Positions 22,501 through 33,355 of a stretch of DNA of 64,000 nucleotides are shown one piece after another. Location: contig NIVC01000958.1 in assembly GCA_002269645.1 (NCBI GenBank), positions 1 to 64,000 on the forward strand, read 5' to 3'. This stretch comes from Macrostomum lignano (taxonomy: Eukaryota). The notes beneath the pieces were generated by a model that ran no database searches, had not been told where the DNA came from, and saw only the letters and a program-made list of their open reading frames with translations. Each line of letters opens with the position of its first letter. Positions within the stretch are counted from its first letter, which is position 1. The translations under genes and the position numbers were made by a program.

Positions 22501-25500
22501 TCATCAGAGGTCCTTGTTTATCAGGGGTCCTTTCTTGTCAATCAGAGGTCCTTTCTTGTCCAACGGAGGTCCTTTCTTTTTCATCAGAGGTCCTTGTCCA
22601 TCAGGGGTCCTTTCTTGTCCATCAGAGGTCCTTTCTTGTCCATCAGAGGTCTTTAACTGTCCATCACACGCATTTGAATCTGTGTCCTTGCCCACTCAGT
22701 CTATCATACTGGAGTGTCTATGGCCCAACTCTCTCAGGCTCCGATCCCTGTCGCCTGTCGCCATTCCAGCGCTACTCCCGCTCTCTCAGTAAAGTTTACG
22801 ATGCCGAATTTCGCGAAGTAATGGAAACAGTCAAAGCCATACTGCAGCCGCTGAGCAAAGACAAAGGAAAACCCGGAGCGCGTAAGTTCTGCTTATAATA
22901 ATTTATTTTAAAATGAAGGCCATTCCTTACGAAGCTTTAAAGTACCAGGCGTACTCTTACGTTTACAGTGCGTCACGCCGGCTCAAACTCGTCGCTAAAT
23001 CGCGAAGGCTCCAAGCGCAGCATCGGGGGCGGCGGCGGCGCAGACTCGAACCCGGCCGATTCCTCGTCGTCGTCGACCCTCAGTAGCATCGCCGCCACCT
23101 TGGGATCCTCCGTGGCGACGCTAGATAACGTACGTTTCTTCATCTGACATTTTTAGAGCTAATTAGCTGACGAGGAAAATTGCGAGTTATAATTCTACTC
23201 TGGCCGTTTACCTCTCAGGTGTTCGAAAAAGTTCTTGACGCCCTAGAGCCGATGGTAGACTCCGAAGAGACCTTCTGCCAGGCGTTTTTTGATCTTCAAC
23301 CGTCAGTGCAGCAGCAGATGTCCACCCTGACATCCTCGGTGATGAGCACAGTCTCAGATGACGGCACCATTCTGTCTGTGGACAGTGGCGACTCGCGTCA
23401 GTCCCTAACGCGGCAGGAGGGTAAACAGGTGCGACAGCGCTAACAGTTTGTATTCGATTGTTATTGCTAAAAATGCTCGAAATGTGCCCTAAATTACCAC
23501 AAAATCACGCCCCAACCATCGATAAAAAAATCTCCCTCAACCACCTAAAAAATCGCCCCAATCAGCATAGAAGAATCGCCACAATCAGCATAAAATAATC
23601 GCCCTCAGCCACATAGAAGAATCGCCTCAATCAGCATAGAAAAATCGCCCTCAGCCACATAGAAGAATCGCCCCAATCAGCACAGAAGAATCGCTACAAT
23701 CAGCATAGAAGAATCGCCCTCAGCCACATAGAAGAATCGCCTCAATCAGCATAGAAAAATCGCCCTCAGCCACATAGAAGAATCGCCCCAATCAGCACAG
23801 AAGAATCGCTACAATCCGCATAGAAGAATCGCTACAATCAGCATAGAAGAATCGCCCTCAGCCACATAGAATTGAAGAATCGCCCCAATCAGCACAGAAG
23901 AATCGCCACAATCAGCATAGAAGAATCGCCTCAATCAGCATAGAAAAATCGCCCCAATCAGCATAGAAGAATCGCCCTCAACCACATAGAAGAATCGCCT
24001 CAATCAGCATAGAAAAATCGCCCTCAGCCACATAGAAGAATCGCCCAATCAGCATAGAAGAATCGCCCTCAGCCACATAGAAGAATCGCTACAATCAGCA
24101 TAGAAGAATCGCCCCAATCAGCATAGAAGAATCGCTCCAATCAGCATAGAAGAATCGCCCCAATCAGCATAGAAGAATCGCCCCAATCAGCATAGAAGAA
24201 TCGCCCCAATCAGCATAGAAGAATCGCCCCAATCAGCATAGAAGAATCGCCCCAATCAGCATAGAAGAATCGCCCCAATCAGCATAGAAGAATCGCCCCA
24301 ATCAGCATAGAAGAATCGCCCCAATCAGCATAGAAGAATCGCCCCAATCAGCATAGAAGAATCGCCCCAATCAGCATAGAAGAATCGCCCCAATCAGCAC
24401 AGAGGAATCGCCCCAATCAGCATAGAAGAATCGCCCCAATCAGCATAGAAGAATCGCCCCAATCAGCACAGAGGAATCGCCCCAATCAGCATAGAAGAAT
24501 CGCCCCAATCAGCATAGAAGAATCGCCCCAATCAGCATAGAAGAATCGCCCCAATCAGCATAGAAGAATCGCCCCAATCAGCATAGAAGAATCGCCCCAA
24601 TCAGCATAGAAGAATCGCCGCCCCGCCGCCCCCAGGAGCTAGACGAGCTGCTCAAGCAGATATTCTCATCCGCTGTGAGCTTCCTAGACGCCTTGGCAAG
24701 CGCGTGCCACTTGGTGAGCGCCGAGTTCAGCATGCAGATGCTGGTCCGGTCAGCTGATCGGTCGGACAGGCAGAGCGGCCGAGGCCGCCACCTGGGCTAC
24801 CTGTACGCCCAGCTGTGCCTTCGAGCAAAACAACGATTCGACCAGTTCATCGACCAGATGTCGGCCGAATTCCTGGAATTCCGTGCCAATAAAAAGTCCC
24901 GCTGCGGCGTGGTGGCTCCGGTTCTTACCTACGAGAAATTTGCCAGCCGAGCCGGTCCGGTATTTCGGGACTCGAAACGGCTGCCGGACTTGGAGCGGGC
25001 GCACGAGAAACTGCTGGAGACGCTGGTCAATCTGGTGGAGCGGGTCGCTCAGGAGCACGGGAAAACACCGCCCGCTGTGGTGCTCATGGGTGCGCGACAC
25101 TTGGGTTGTTTTGTGGGGTGGCTTCGTCTTCGAGTATTGGGTAGTTTTAGGTGCAGATATTGGGTAGTTTTAGGTGCAGATATTGGGTAGTCTCAGTTGC
25201 AGATATTGGGTAGTTTCAGTTGCAGATATTGGGTAGTTTCAGTTGCAGATATTGGGTAGTTTCAGTTGCAGATATTAGGTAGTCTCAGTTGCAGATATTG
25301 GGTAGTCTCAAGTGCAGCTATTGGGTAGTTTCAGTTGCAGATATTGGGTAGTCTCAGGTGCAGCTATTGGGTAGTTTCAGGTGCAGATATTGGGTAGTCT
25401 CAGGTGCAGCTATTGGGTAGTTTCAGTTGCAGATATTGGGTAGTCTCAGTTGCAGATATTGGGTAGTTTCAGTTGCAGATATTGGGTAGTTTCAGTTGCA

Positions 25501-27617
25501 GATATTGGGTAGTTTCAGGTGCAGATATTGGGTAGTTTCAGTTGCAGATATTGGGTAGTTTCAGTTGCAGATATTGGGTAGTCTCAGTTGCAGATATTGG
25601 GTAGTTTCAGTTGCAGATATTGGGTAGTTTCAGTTGCAGATATTGGGTAGTTTCTGTTGCAGATATTGGGTAATTATTGGGTAGTTAGTCGGAAAGTGGG
25701 GATAGCTCAGGTGGAAAGTGGGAATAGCTTCAGGTGGGAAATGGGGATAGCTTCAGGTGGGAAGTGGGGATAGCTTCAGGTGGAAAGTGGGGATAGCTTC
25801 AGGTGGAAATTGGGGATAGCCTTAGGTGTAAAGTGGGGATAGCTTCAGGTGGGAAGTGGGGATAGCTTCAGGTGTAAAGTGGGGATAGCTTCAGGTGTAA
25901 AGTGGGGATAGCTTCAGGTGTAAAGTGGGGATAGCTTCAGGTGGAAATTGGGGATAGCCTTAGGTGTAAAGTGGGGATAGCTTCAGGTGGAAAGTGGGGA
26001 TAGCTTCAGGTGTGAAGTGGGGATAGCTTCAGGTGTAAAGTGGGGATAGCTTCAGGTGGGAAGTGGGGATAGCTTCAGGTGGGAAGTGGGGATAGCTTCA
26101 GGTGGGAAGTGGGGATAGCTTCAGGTGTAAAGTGGGGATAGCTTCAGGTGGGAAGTGGGGATAGCTTCAGGTGTGAAGTGGGGATAGCTTCAGGTGTAAA
26201 GTGGGGATAGCTTCAGGTGGGAAGTGGGGATAGCTTCAGGAAGCCCAACGCCCCCCTACTACTCAATGCTACTCTGCAGAGAACTTCCACCGCCTGGAGA
26301 GCATTGTCCGGTCGCAGCGCATGCAGCGTCTGGACCGGATGCGCCGGGATTTGAGCGACAGGCACAAACAAAATCGAACCGAATACGTGCGCAACTACAT
26401 GGGCAGGCCGTTGGAGAAGCTGAGCGTGAGTTGCACTAACAGATACTTAGCTGACACTACAATATTAACAGCCACTTGCTAAGAAACTTTTGAGCACCTT
26501 GACCCAACGCCTTCTGCGGCATTGTCACACACAGCTCCGGCGCTGAGGCAACTCTGCCAATTCCGCTGGCTCCTGAGCACATGCAAGCAGGCGCGCACTC
26601 AAACACACGCTCACACACAGCAGCCCTGACCAGGGGGCGTGGCGCGAGAGTCAGACGCGCTTAGTGCTGAGATGCTCTGTCCACCTTAGCAGGCAGATAT
26701 TTAGCAAGAGGCCAATTAGGCATAATCTTAAACAGACTCGTCATTTTTGTATAGGCTTTTTATTATTATTTTTAGTCTTAGATCTTAATCTTAGACAGAG
26801 ATTAAGACTGGCTATAAGACAGAAAAGTGTAGACAGACAGACAGACAGACACTAAAAACAGACACTCATACAGTCACTTATACAGACACCTAAGAGATTA
26901 CAGACACTCGGGCGGACAGACAGCCACCCAAAACTGACACTTGAGACAGACACCTAAGAGAGGACAGACACTCGGACAGATAGACAGACACTTTAGACAG
27001 GCACTAAGAGAGGACAGATAGACAGACACTTCAAACAGACACTTGAGACAGGCACTAAGACAGACACTCGGAAGGACAGACAGACACTTAAAACTGCCAC
27101 TTATGACAGACACTCAGACAGACACCTAAAAGAGACAGACACTTCAAACAGACACTTGAGACAGGCACTAAGACAGACACTTAAACAGACCGATATTGAG
27201 ACAAGACAGTGGCTAGACAACACGAGCTCATTAATCTCCCCCCCATCCTCAAACTGCACTGCAGGAGTTCTTCGACGGAGTAGAGCAGAACCTGTCCCGC
27301 GGCGTGACCCCAGACGAGGTTGGCTACCTGCAGCAGTACTCCCGGGCTGAGCTGAAGAAGATTATCCGAGATTACCCGGCTAAAGACGTGAAGCGCAACC
27401 TGGAGCAGCTGCGGAAGAGAGTAGAGAAGCACCTGTCTGAGGAAGGCAGCCTGCTCACGGCTGTGTGGCATGAGATGCAGCAGACTCTTCTGGCCCAGTA
27501 CAATCAGTTCAACCGGCTCATTGCCCAGTGCTATCCAATGCCAATCTGGCTTTGGAGTTCTCCGATCATGATCTGCTGCGATTCTTTAATGACATCGGCA
27601 GCAGAAGCAGTCCCTGA
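14681..27617 (+). CDS. EXOC1: Exocyst complex component 1 (Sec3), 11 coding exons
   Basis: Exons 14681-14819, 15468-15874, 17173-17376, 18464-18898, 21022-21162, 22770-22881, 22969-23129, 23219-23428, 24636-25089, 26280-26425, 27265-27617, all GT-AG and phase-consistent. Motifs match remembered human EXOC1: VKKGDKADSYKRKKTW (PH/PIP2-binding), NAENFVRRLNEQL, VFEKVLDALEP, KTPPAVVLMENFH, GRPLEKLSEFFDGVE, LIAQCYP. A 1-nt deletion at ~27537 shifts the last ~27 codons. Confidence 0.95.
14850..15420. repeat. 28-bp minisatellite in EXOC1 intron 1
   Basis: (gcctcccagatcctcagttactgggcca)n. Confidence 0.95.
16412..16932. mobile_element. Non-autonomous DNA transposon, CCC...GGG-type termini, 3-bp TSD (copy A)
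   Basis: TIR ccagttgaaaacgttac / gtaccgttttcatcggg; TSD aaa/aaa; many internal gagtc/gactc motifs; homologous to 17614-18105. Confidence 0.65.
17614..18105. mobile_element. Non-autonomous DNA transposon, CCC...GGG termini, 3-bp TSD (copy B)
   Basis: TIR cccgttgaaaacgttac / ttaccgttttcgtcggg; TSD ctg at 17611-13 and 18106-08. Confidence 0.7.
18925..19595. repeat. (TTAG)n microsatellite in EXOC1 intron 4
   Basis: ~670 bp of ttag units with periodic tgagtgagtcagtttg interruptions. Confidence 0.95.
19650..20060 (-). pseudogene. Decayed ORF fragment in EXOC1 intron 4 (probable TE remnant)
   Basis: One minus-strand frame reads ...LLEDLLTNLSYPLRLGRNEEDALQEDLLQNSKNSIVY*GARSIVDSELEDRQDF*SALVLGRPTDKV... 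with only a few TAG/TGA stops. Confidence 0.35.
21320..22660. repeat. Compound 19-bp and 17/21-bp minisatellites in EXOC1 intron 5
   Basis: (gtccatccggtcctttctt)n, then (ccatcagaggtcctttcttgt / ccatcagagatccttgt)n. Confidence 0.95.
23560..24618. repeat. 23-bp minisatellite in EXOC1 intron 8
   Basis: (aatcgccccaatcagcatagaag)n. Confidence 0.95.
25135..26240. repeat. Two abutting 23-bp minisatellites in EXOC1 intron 9
   Basis: (agtttcagttgcagatattgggt)n to ~25680, then (aagtggggatagcttcaggtgta/gg)n. Confidence 0.95.
26820..27215. repeat. Degenerate agacagacac repeat in EXOC1 intron 10
   Basis: Recurrent agacagacac(t/c) motifs. Confidence 0.8.
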
Positions 27618-27939
27618 TATGTTCAGCCTGTTGTTTTGTAACTGATTTATAAATTTATTAAAGTGACCATTGGATAAACAATATAGAAGTCGATGTTTAT
27701 AAAGCAGGATTTCTATGAGAGAGGCTGCTGCTGGCAACCATCTTTGTGTGCTGATGTCTATGGCTGAACCATCAACTTGCTTGCCTTTTCCCGTCTATGT
27801 CTATGGTCAAGACCAACTCTACTGCTGAGATGCCATAGAATAAGATTGTGTGCCACTAAAAAAAGGACACTGCGTTTAACTTGTCAACAGTATCTATAGC
27901 CATATAAGGATAGTTCCTCCGATAAAATCTAAATCCATT

Positions 27940-28250
27940 TATTGTCTCTTCATTTATCTAACAGTGGGTTGGCCATAGACAAAATCTATTTCTTGTGTTT
28001 TCATTTATCTAACAGTGGGTTGGCCATAGACAAAATCTATTTCTTGTGTTTTCATTTATCTAACAGTGGGTTGGCCATAGACAAAATCTATTTCTTGTCT
28101 CTTCATTTATCTAACAGTGGGTTGGCCATAGACGAAGTCTATTTCTTGTCTCTTCATTTATCTAACAGTGGGTTGGCCATAGACGAAGTCTATTTCTTGT
28201 CTCTTCATTTATCTAACAGTGGGTTGGCCATAGACAAAATCTATTTTGTC
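27940..28250. repeat. 51-bp tandem repeat, ~6 copies
   Basis: (ttcatttatctaacagtgggttggccatagacaaaatctatttcttgt..)n; the 110-aa ORF here is an artefact. Confidence 0.9.
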
Positions 28251-29654
28251 TTCCATAAGCTCCATTCGAAATAAATGGTTTGACGAAATCAAGCGTAGAG
28301 TGGACTAATAATTTACTAAGAATAAATTGAACCGTAGTAATTGAAATTTTGTCTATGACTCAACTCTCTTCCCATCAGCGAATCGTAAACGCAGATGTGT
28401 AACACTTGCATTAATTATAATAGATTTTGCTTTAACGCCCTATGCCTCTGTTCAACTAGCTATCAGATTATCTTGATGTCCTTCCCTATTCGGGTGCTGT
28501 TTAAAGTCTATTTATTATTTCTGTCTACCTATTATTTCAACTGATCACAATATATCATCGTTTTGAATAATTATCACCTCCCAGAATTCTCGCCCAGCCT
28601 TGCTGATGATTCTATAGTTTTTAAAAGTTCAACGAAAGTTAACAAAACCGTCATCTCGTCATCTGTCATTGTCGAAGGCCTCAGCAAAGGCCGTCCGTGT
28701 CCGTGACCCCTTCCCAGACAGTGTTCACCTGCTGCTCAGTGGGACCCAAAACCAATCATCGGGATGCCGGTCTTGGCCAAGTGGTGATTGTTCCTCCAGG
28801 ATTCACGCTATCATGCGTTGTCTTGGTTGTGGGACCCACCTTAGTAGACACGATGCCTTAGCTGATTTTTTAGTTGTGTGTCGATTTTTTTATCAAACCA
28901 GTAAAACCATTTTGTACAAGCCTCGTACAAAAATGTACACTCAAATTTACGGAGGGCGAGGCGCCTCGTTTCCTGGAAAATTGATCAATTTTTCTAAGAA
29001 AGCCGGTAACCCCGTGCTATTTCTAAATACAGTTTAAAAATTGTAATTATTGGATTATTCATCAATTTAAAAGGCGTGCTCTGATGTGATTACAAAATAA
29101 ACAGTTTCTTAATTGGTGTTTTGTTGCAAAGACTTTAATTAATCAGTCTTTCCCGCAGTCATTCCGAACTAATAAATTTTGCATGTACTTATTAGTACAA
29201 TATTTTGTTACTTAGAATACCGTTCTTGTATCATAAGAAAATGTGTTCAAAACGTTATGTACGCTAAGCAATTACGCTTTGAAATACAAATTCAATGTGC
29301 ACTGCAATTCACATTCTGGTGGCATAAAATGAATTATTTTCGTCATAATTAAATTTATTTAATTTTAAATTTACTAGGGCATGTACTATTTGTCTAGTTT
29401 AAAAACAGATTTTCGCTAGAATGTCATAATTTATAATAAACTAGTTTAGAATTCATTATTGATTTTGACAAATCACATAGTGGAACCGTTATTTTACTTA
29501 TTATTCAATTGTAAATACTCGTTAAAGCTACTTCATAGTTAGTAGCTGATAGGAGCATAATGCCATTTGTTTTATCTTATTCAATATAATAATTTATTAG
29601 ATAACAAGCTACCAATTAAGTTTCCTGTGAAAACGACAGCTTTCAAGGTTCACA

Positions 29655-30172
29655 AGGGAGTTGCTGAGATGCCAAGGTTCACAAGGGAGTTGCTGAGATG
29701 CCAAGGCTTAATGGGGGAGTTGCTGAGATGCCAAGGCTCAATGGGGATTTGCTGAGATGCCAAGGTTCACAAGGGAGTTGCTGAGATGCCAAGGCTTAAT
29801 GGGGGAGTTGCTGAGATGCCAAGGCTCAATGGGGATTTGCTGAGATGCCAAGGTTCACAAGGGAGTTGCTGAGATGCCAAGGCTTAATGGGGGAGTTGCT
29901 GAGATGCCAAGGCTCAATGGGGATTTGCTGAGATGCCAAGGTTCACAAGGGAGTTGCTGAGATGCCAAGGCTTAATGGGGGAGTTGCTGAGATGCCAAGG
30001 CTCAATGGGGATTTGCTGAGATGCCAAGGTTCACAAGGGAGTTGCTGAGATGCCAAGGCTTAATGGGGAGTTGCTGAGATGCCAAGGCTCAATGGGGATT
30101 TGCTGAGATGCCAAGGTTCACAAGGGAGTTGCTGAGATGCCAAGGCTTAATGGGGGAGTTGCTGAGATGCTA
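29655..30172. repeat. Higher-order minisatellite (three ~28-bp variants cycling), related to 11874-13130
   Basis: gttgctgagatgccaagg core with ordered ttcacaaggga / cttaatggggga / ctcaatggggat variants. Its reverse complement ccttggcatctcagcaa matches the 11874 array core. Confidence 0.9.
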
Positions 30173-30420
30173 AAGATAAAATTTTTGGTTTATTATTTTA
30201 CAGGTGCCTTTTAGATTTAGTACAAGTTTCTAAAGTAAAATGTAAAGCACATCGAATAAGGGATTTATAGTAGGCTTGTGTAAAATGGTAATTGCATAAA
30301 TTTCTGTACAATATCAGTGACAGTTTTATATTTCTCATTAAATTTTCGTATTTTTCGATTGATAATAAATATTTTAATAAAGCTAGAGATGCCCTATTAA
30401 TGGAGTCCACCAGCCAGCAT

Positions 30421-30843
30421 TCACAGCAGGCATCTGCAATAGAACTGCAATCCAAAGCAACCCGAAGCAAACAATAGAATGCCAATAACTGATTCCACTT
30501 TAATGAACAGTTGGTCAGGATGCTTAGGCAGGTAGATGCAGCTCACTATGACCATGCAGAGACCCAGCAGCAGCAGTACTATAGTTAGAAACAGCAGGCA
30601 GGCATACTGATTGGCTATTCGATAGCTGTTCGAGTCGTAGATATTTTTGATGTTCAACTCTTCGTCGTCGAACATACTACCGCCGACGAAGTAGTTTTCC
30701 AATCGCATTTTGATCTCTTTAGGCCAGAAGCACAAGTAGAATAGGATGTACTTGCGCACGCAGTCGCCTGGAGGTTGGAGTGAGCGGATTTGAGTCAAAT
30801 TCAGTTTTGGACAGAGGCTTGTGCACTTCTCGCCCCTGTGCAC
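30421..30843 (-). CDS. Uncharacterised membrane-protein exon (2-3 hydrophobic segments); either the 3' exon of the 31826 gene or a separate downstream gene
   Basis: 141-codon open frame after acceptor ctgtag (30844), with CLLFLTIVLLLLGLCMVIVSCIYL and VIGILLFASGCFGL. The splice connection is unresolved. Confidence 0.5.
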   Translation of the reverse strand: MHRGEKCTSLCPKLNLTQIRSLQPPGDCVRKYILFYLCFWPKEIKMRLENYFVGGSMFDDEELNIKNIYDSNSYRIANQYACLLFLTIVLLLLGLCMVIVSCIYLPKHPDQLFIKVESVIGILLFASGCFGLQFYCRCLL

Positions 30844-31119
30844 CTACAGCCTTAGTGTCAGCGGAACGTCACTCATCATGACTGCAAAAGGCTCCCCTTG
30901 CTAACAAACTACTTCATTTATATGGTTTGTATTCGTCAATTTTTTCTCTTCTATGGCGTAGTTATTTTTCTGGCTATTTGGTCCCCAAGGGACAGTGTAC
31001 ATCTCTGTGTAGAAGTCCAGGGTCGCTGTACACCCAGCTGTGTGTATATGATCTCGGGAGTCAGCAGAATGGGCAGAATTGCCTCAGCATTTTTGTGACA
31101 ATGTCGCAGATGGCGTTGC

Positions 31120-31826
31120 CTAAAGTTCAAAGAAGCGGTACAACTCACCAAGCCACCAGTCAAAAAAGGTAGTCCACACGCAGGAGATGCACAGATCAAG
31201 GAAGTAGGCGCACACCTTGCACAGAATGGCGCACAGCGGTATGCAGCAGCAGAGGCAGCCGAAGCACCTGCCGCAGGTCCTGCTGCACAGGCCGCCGTGC
31301 AGCAGGTACATGATTCGCTCGTTAATACGCGATGCTTCCAATCGTGCAGCGAGTTCGAGTTCTTCGTTGAGCATTTTTTCGTGGAATGGATTAACAATCC
31401 ATTTGTTGAACCACGGCACGTTGCACTGGACAGTGTGAAAGTCGAAGCCAGCTCTTTGGGGTTTTAAAATAGGTTTTTACTTTGATAATTTTCCTACTAG
31501 ATTGGGTAGTAGATTTTAAGTTGTGCTCACATGAGAAACTGATTCACAAGGTACTGCAGCACGATGCCATAGTCCTGGTACTCGGGCAAGATCCCAATTT
31601 TAATTCCTTCAATTGTGGCTTTGCGAATCTGCTTTGACGATGGGATCACCACCTTGCCGTGAGTCGCTTGCTCACTGCTCGATTCAGCTTCATCGCTGCT
31701 GCTGTCCTTTTTTGATTCGTCCGCGTATCCTTCTTCCTCGCCGCCGAGCATCAGGTCCGCTTGTTCATCAGTGTTGTGCTGCTGACCCAGCTGAGGCTGC
31801 ATATCCATGTCGATTACCCAGCTCAT
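31120..31826 (-). CDS. Uncharacterised protein with acidic N-terminus and Cys-rich hydrophobic segment (exons 31826-31531, 31453-~31149)
   Basis: ATG 31826; phase-2 intron gtgagc(31530)...cccaaag(31454) joins FL-I-AGFDFHTVQCNVPW in frame; Cys cluster CSRTCGRCFGCLCCCIPLCAILCKVC. The 3' end is uncertain. Confidence 0.65.
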
Positions 31827-33355
31827 GCCTATTAGACTTTATCTGGCAGGTGTCAATTATTTAATAATGCATAAACAATTAAAGTATTCAATAAAAAACT
31901 CTATTGCTCATTTTTTAACAAAAATTATATTATTTGAGTCGTTTTCTCTGTAGCGTGTAAACTGCCGCTAGTTTGGCCATAGACTTTGTCTTAAAATTAA
32001 TGTGTCACATCTGGTAGCTTTGATAACTTATAAATATACTCAGCAACATTGAAAGTCGCCACCCTTTGCCCCAGTGAGCTGTGTCTTTCGACCAGCGTCC
32101 AACACCTGGCCTACCATTGTAATATTAATGTTTGAATAACAATGAAAACCGGGCGGAAGATTCAATCCATCGCCCTCCGCTCTGAAATTCCCAATCCCTC
32201 CTCACCCAAGCACAAGAAATTCACAAGAAATTCAGGAATTTACTGCTCATTCTCAAAGGTGGCTTGCTATCTATATTTTAGCGGTTTGTACAAACTATAG
32301 TTAGAGTGCCGAGGCACAGATACTAAATACACTAGATGGTTCACTCAGCCATATTTAGTTAAACTACTCTCTGTTCGGTAGTACGAGTATATGAGCGTAA
32401 AAAGCAAACTTTTATTAGTTCAAATAGCACTTGAGCATCAAGTTGTCCTTGAGCACTCCACCATGTAGTGGATTTTGATCCACTGCCAGGCTTGGCCATA
32501 GATAAAATAATTAAAATCAGCAAAGTTGCGCACGTGTGACTTATCAAAGATTTTGCATATCAAAACAAAAAATAAAGCAGATATACGTTGATGCCACTAG
32601 ATATAGAGTAGTAAGTTTAGTTGACACTAAGATAAGAATCTGTGGGTAGAGGTGAGGATGCGTAGGGTGTTGCACATGCAACTTGATTCAAAACGATATT
32701 ACAGTCAGTCGCTTACACAAATCCATCAAGCTACATTTCAGTAATGCTGTCCGAGAGACCTTATGTAGTTTCTAGACTGAACTTGTATTTTGTAAAACCT
32801 TATTTAGCGTATAAATAAAAAAGAAATCTTTGCAAACAAGTTACGCCTAAAGAACACGACGAAAACAACACATATTGAGCCTATTTTTTGCAGATCTTAC
32901 CTCCAAATAGTTAAGCTTGCACGCATTGCAAGGTGTAGCGTCCTGCTTTAGTTGCACACATAGGTGTTGTAGAGCGGCCGTGACCTCTTGTTATTTTCCG
33001 GGGCTCGACCCTGGCGCGCGTTAAGTTGCGGGCCCTCGAGCCGTGACCGCAGGGTTGCTCAATAACAGTATGTGTTTTTCCTAGAATATACTGTCTGTCA
33101 ATTTGGCAGGAAAGACGTAATTACCATGAGTTGATTTGTTTGCAAGAACAGTTGAAGGTCATTTGTATTTTCCTTCGCGACAGCCCATTTTTTATCTATT
33201 CTAAGCAAGTTGCACGCATTGCTTCGTGCGCGTTGTTCTGTGCGGCGATATTACCGATTGCAGATAGCAAAACTTTGTTTATAGTTTCTCTTCTCGTAAT
33301 TTTAGTCTTTGACTTGTCGCTTTTTCAGCAGTTCTGACTAAATAGCGGCCCTGAC

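Noticed and set aside
21279-22898. Many long overlapping ORFs
   Set aside because: Intronic minisatellite of EXOC1; only the last ~37 codons (22770-22881) are a real exon.
28669-29037. 122-aa ORF with CLGC..H
   Set aside because: Non-ATG start, no coherent domain, and composition drifts into AT-rich non-coding sequence.
32359-32547. 62-aa secreted-peptide-like ORF
   Set aside because: Non-ATG start for the hydrophobic part, no recognisable motif, and no splice support.
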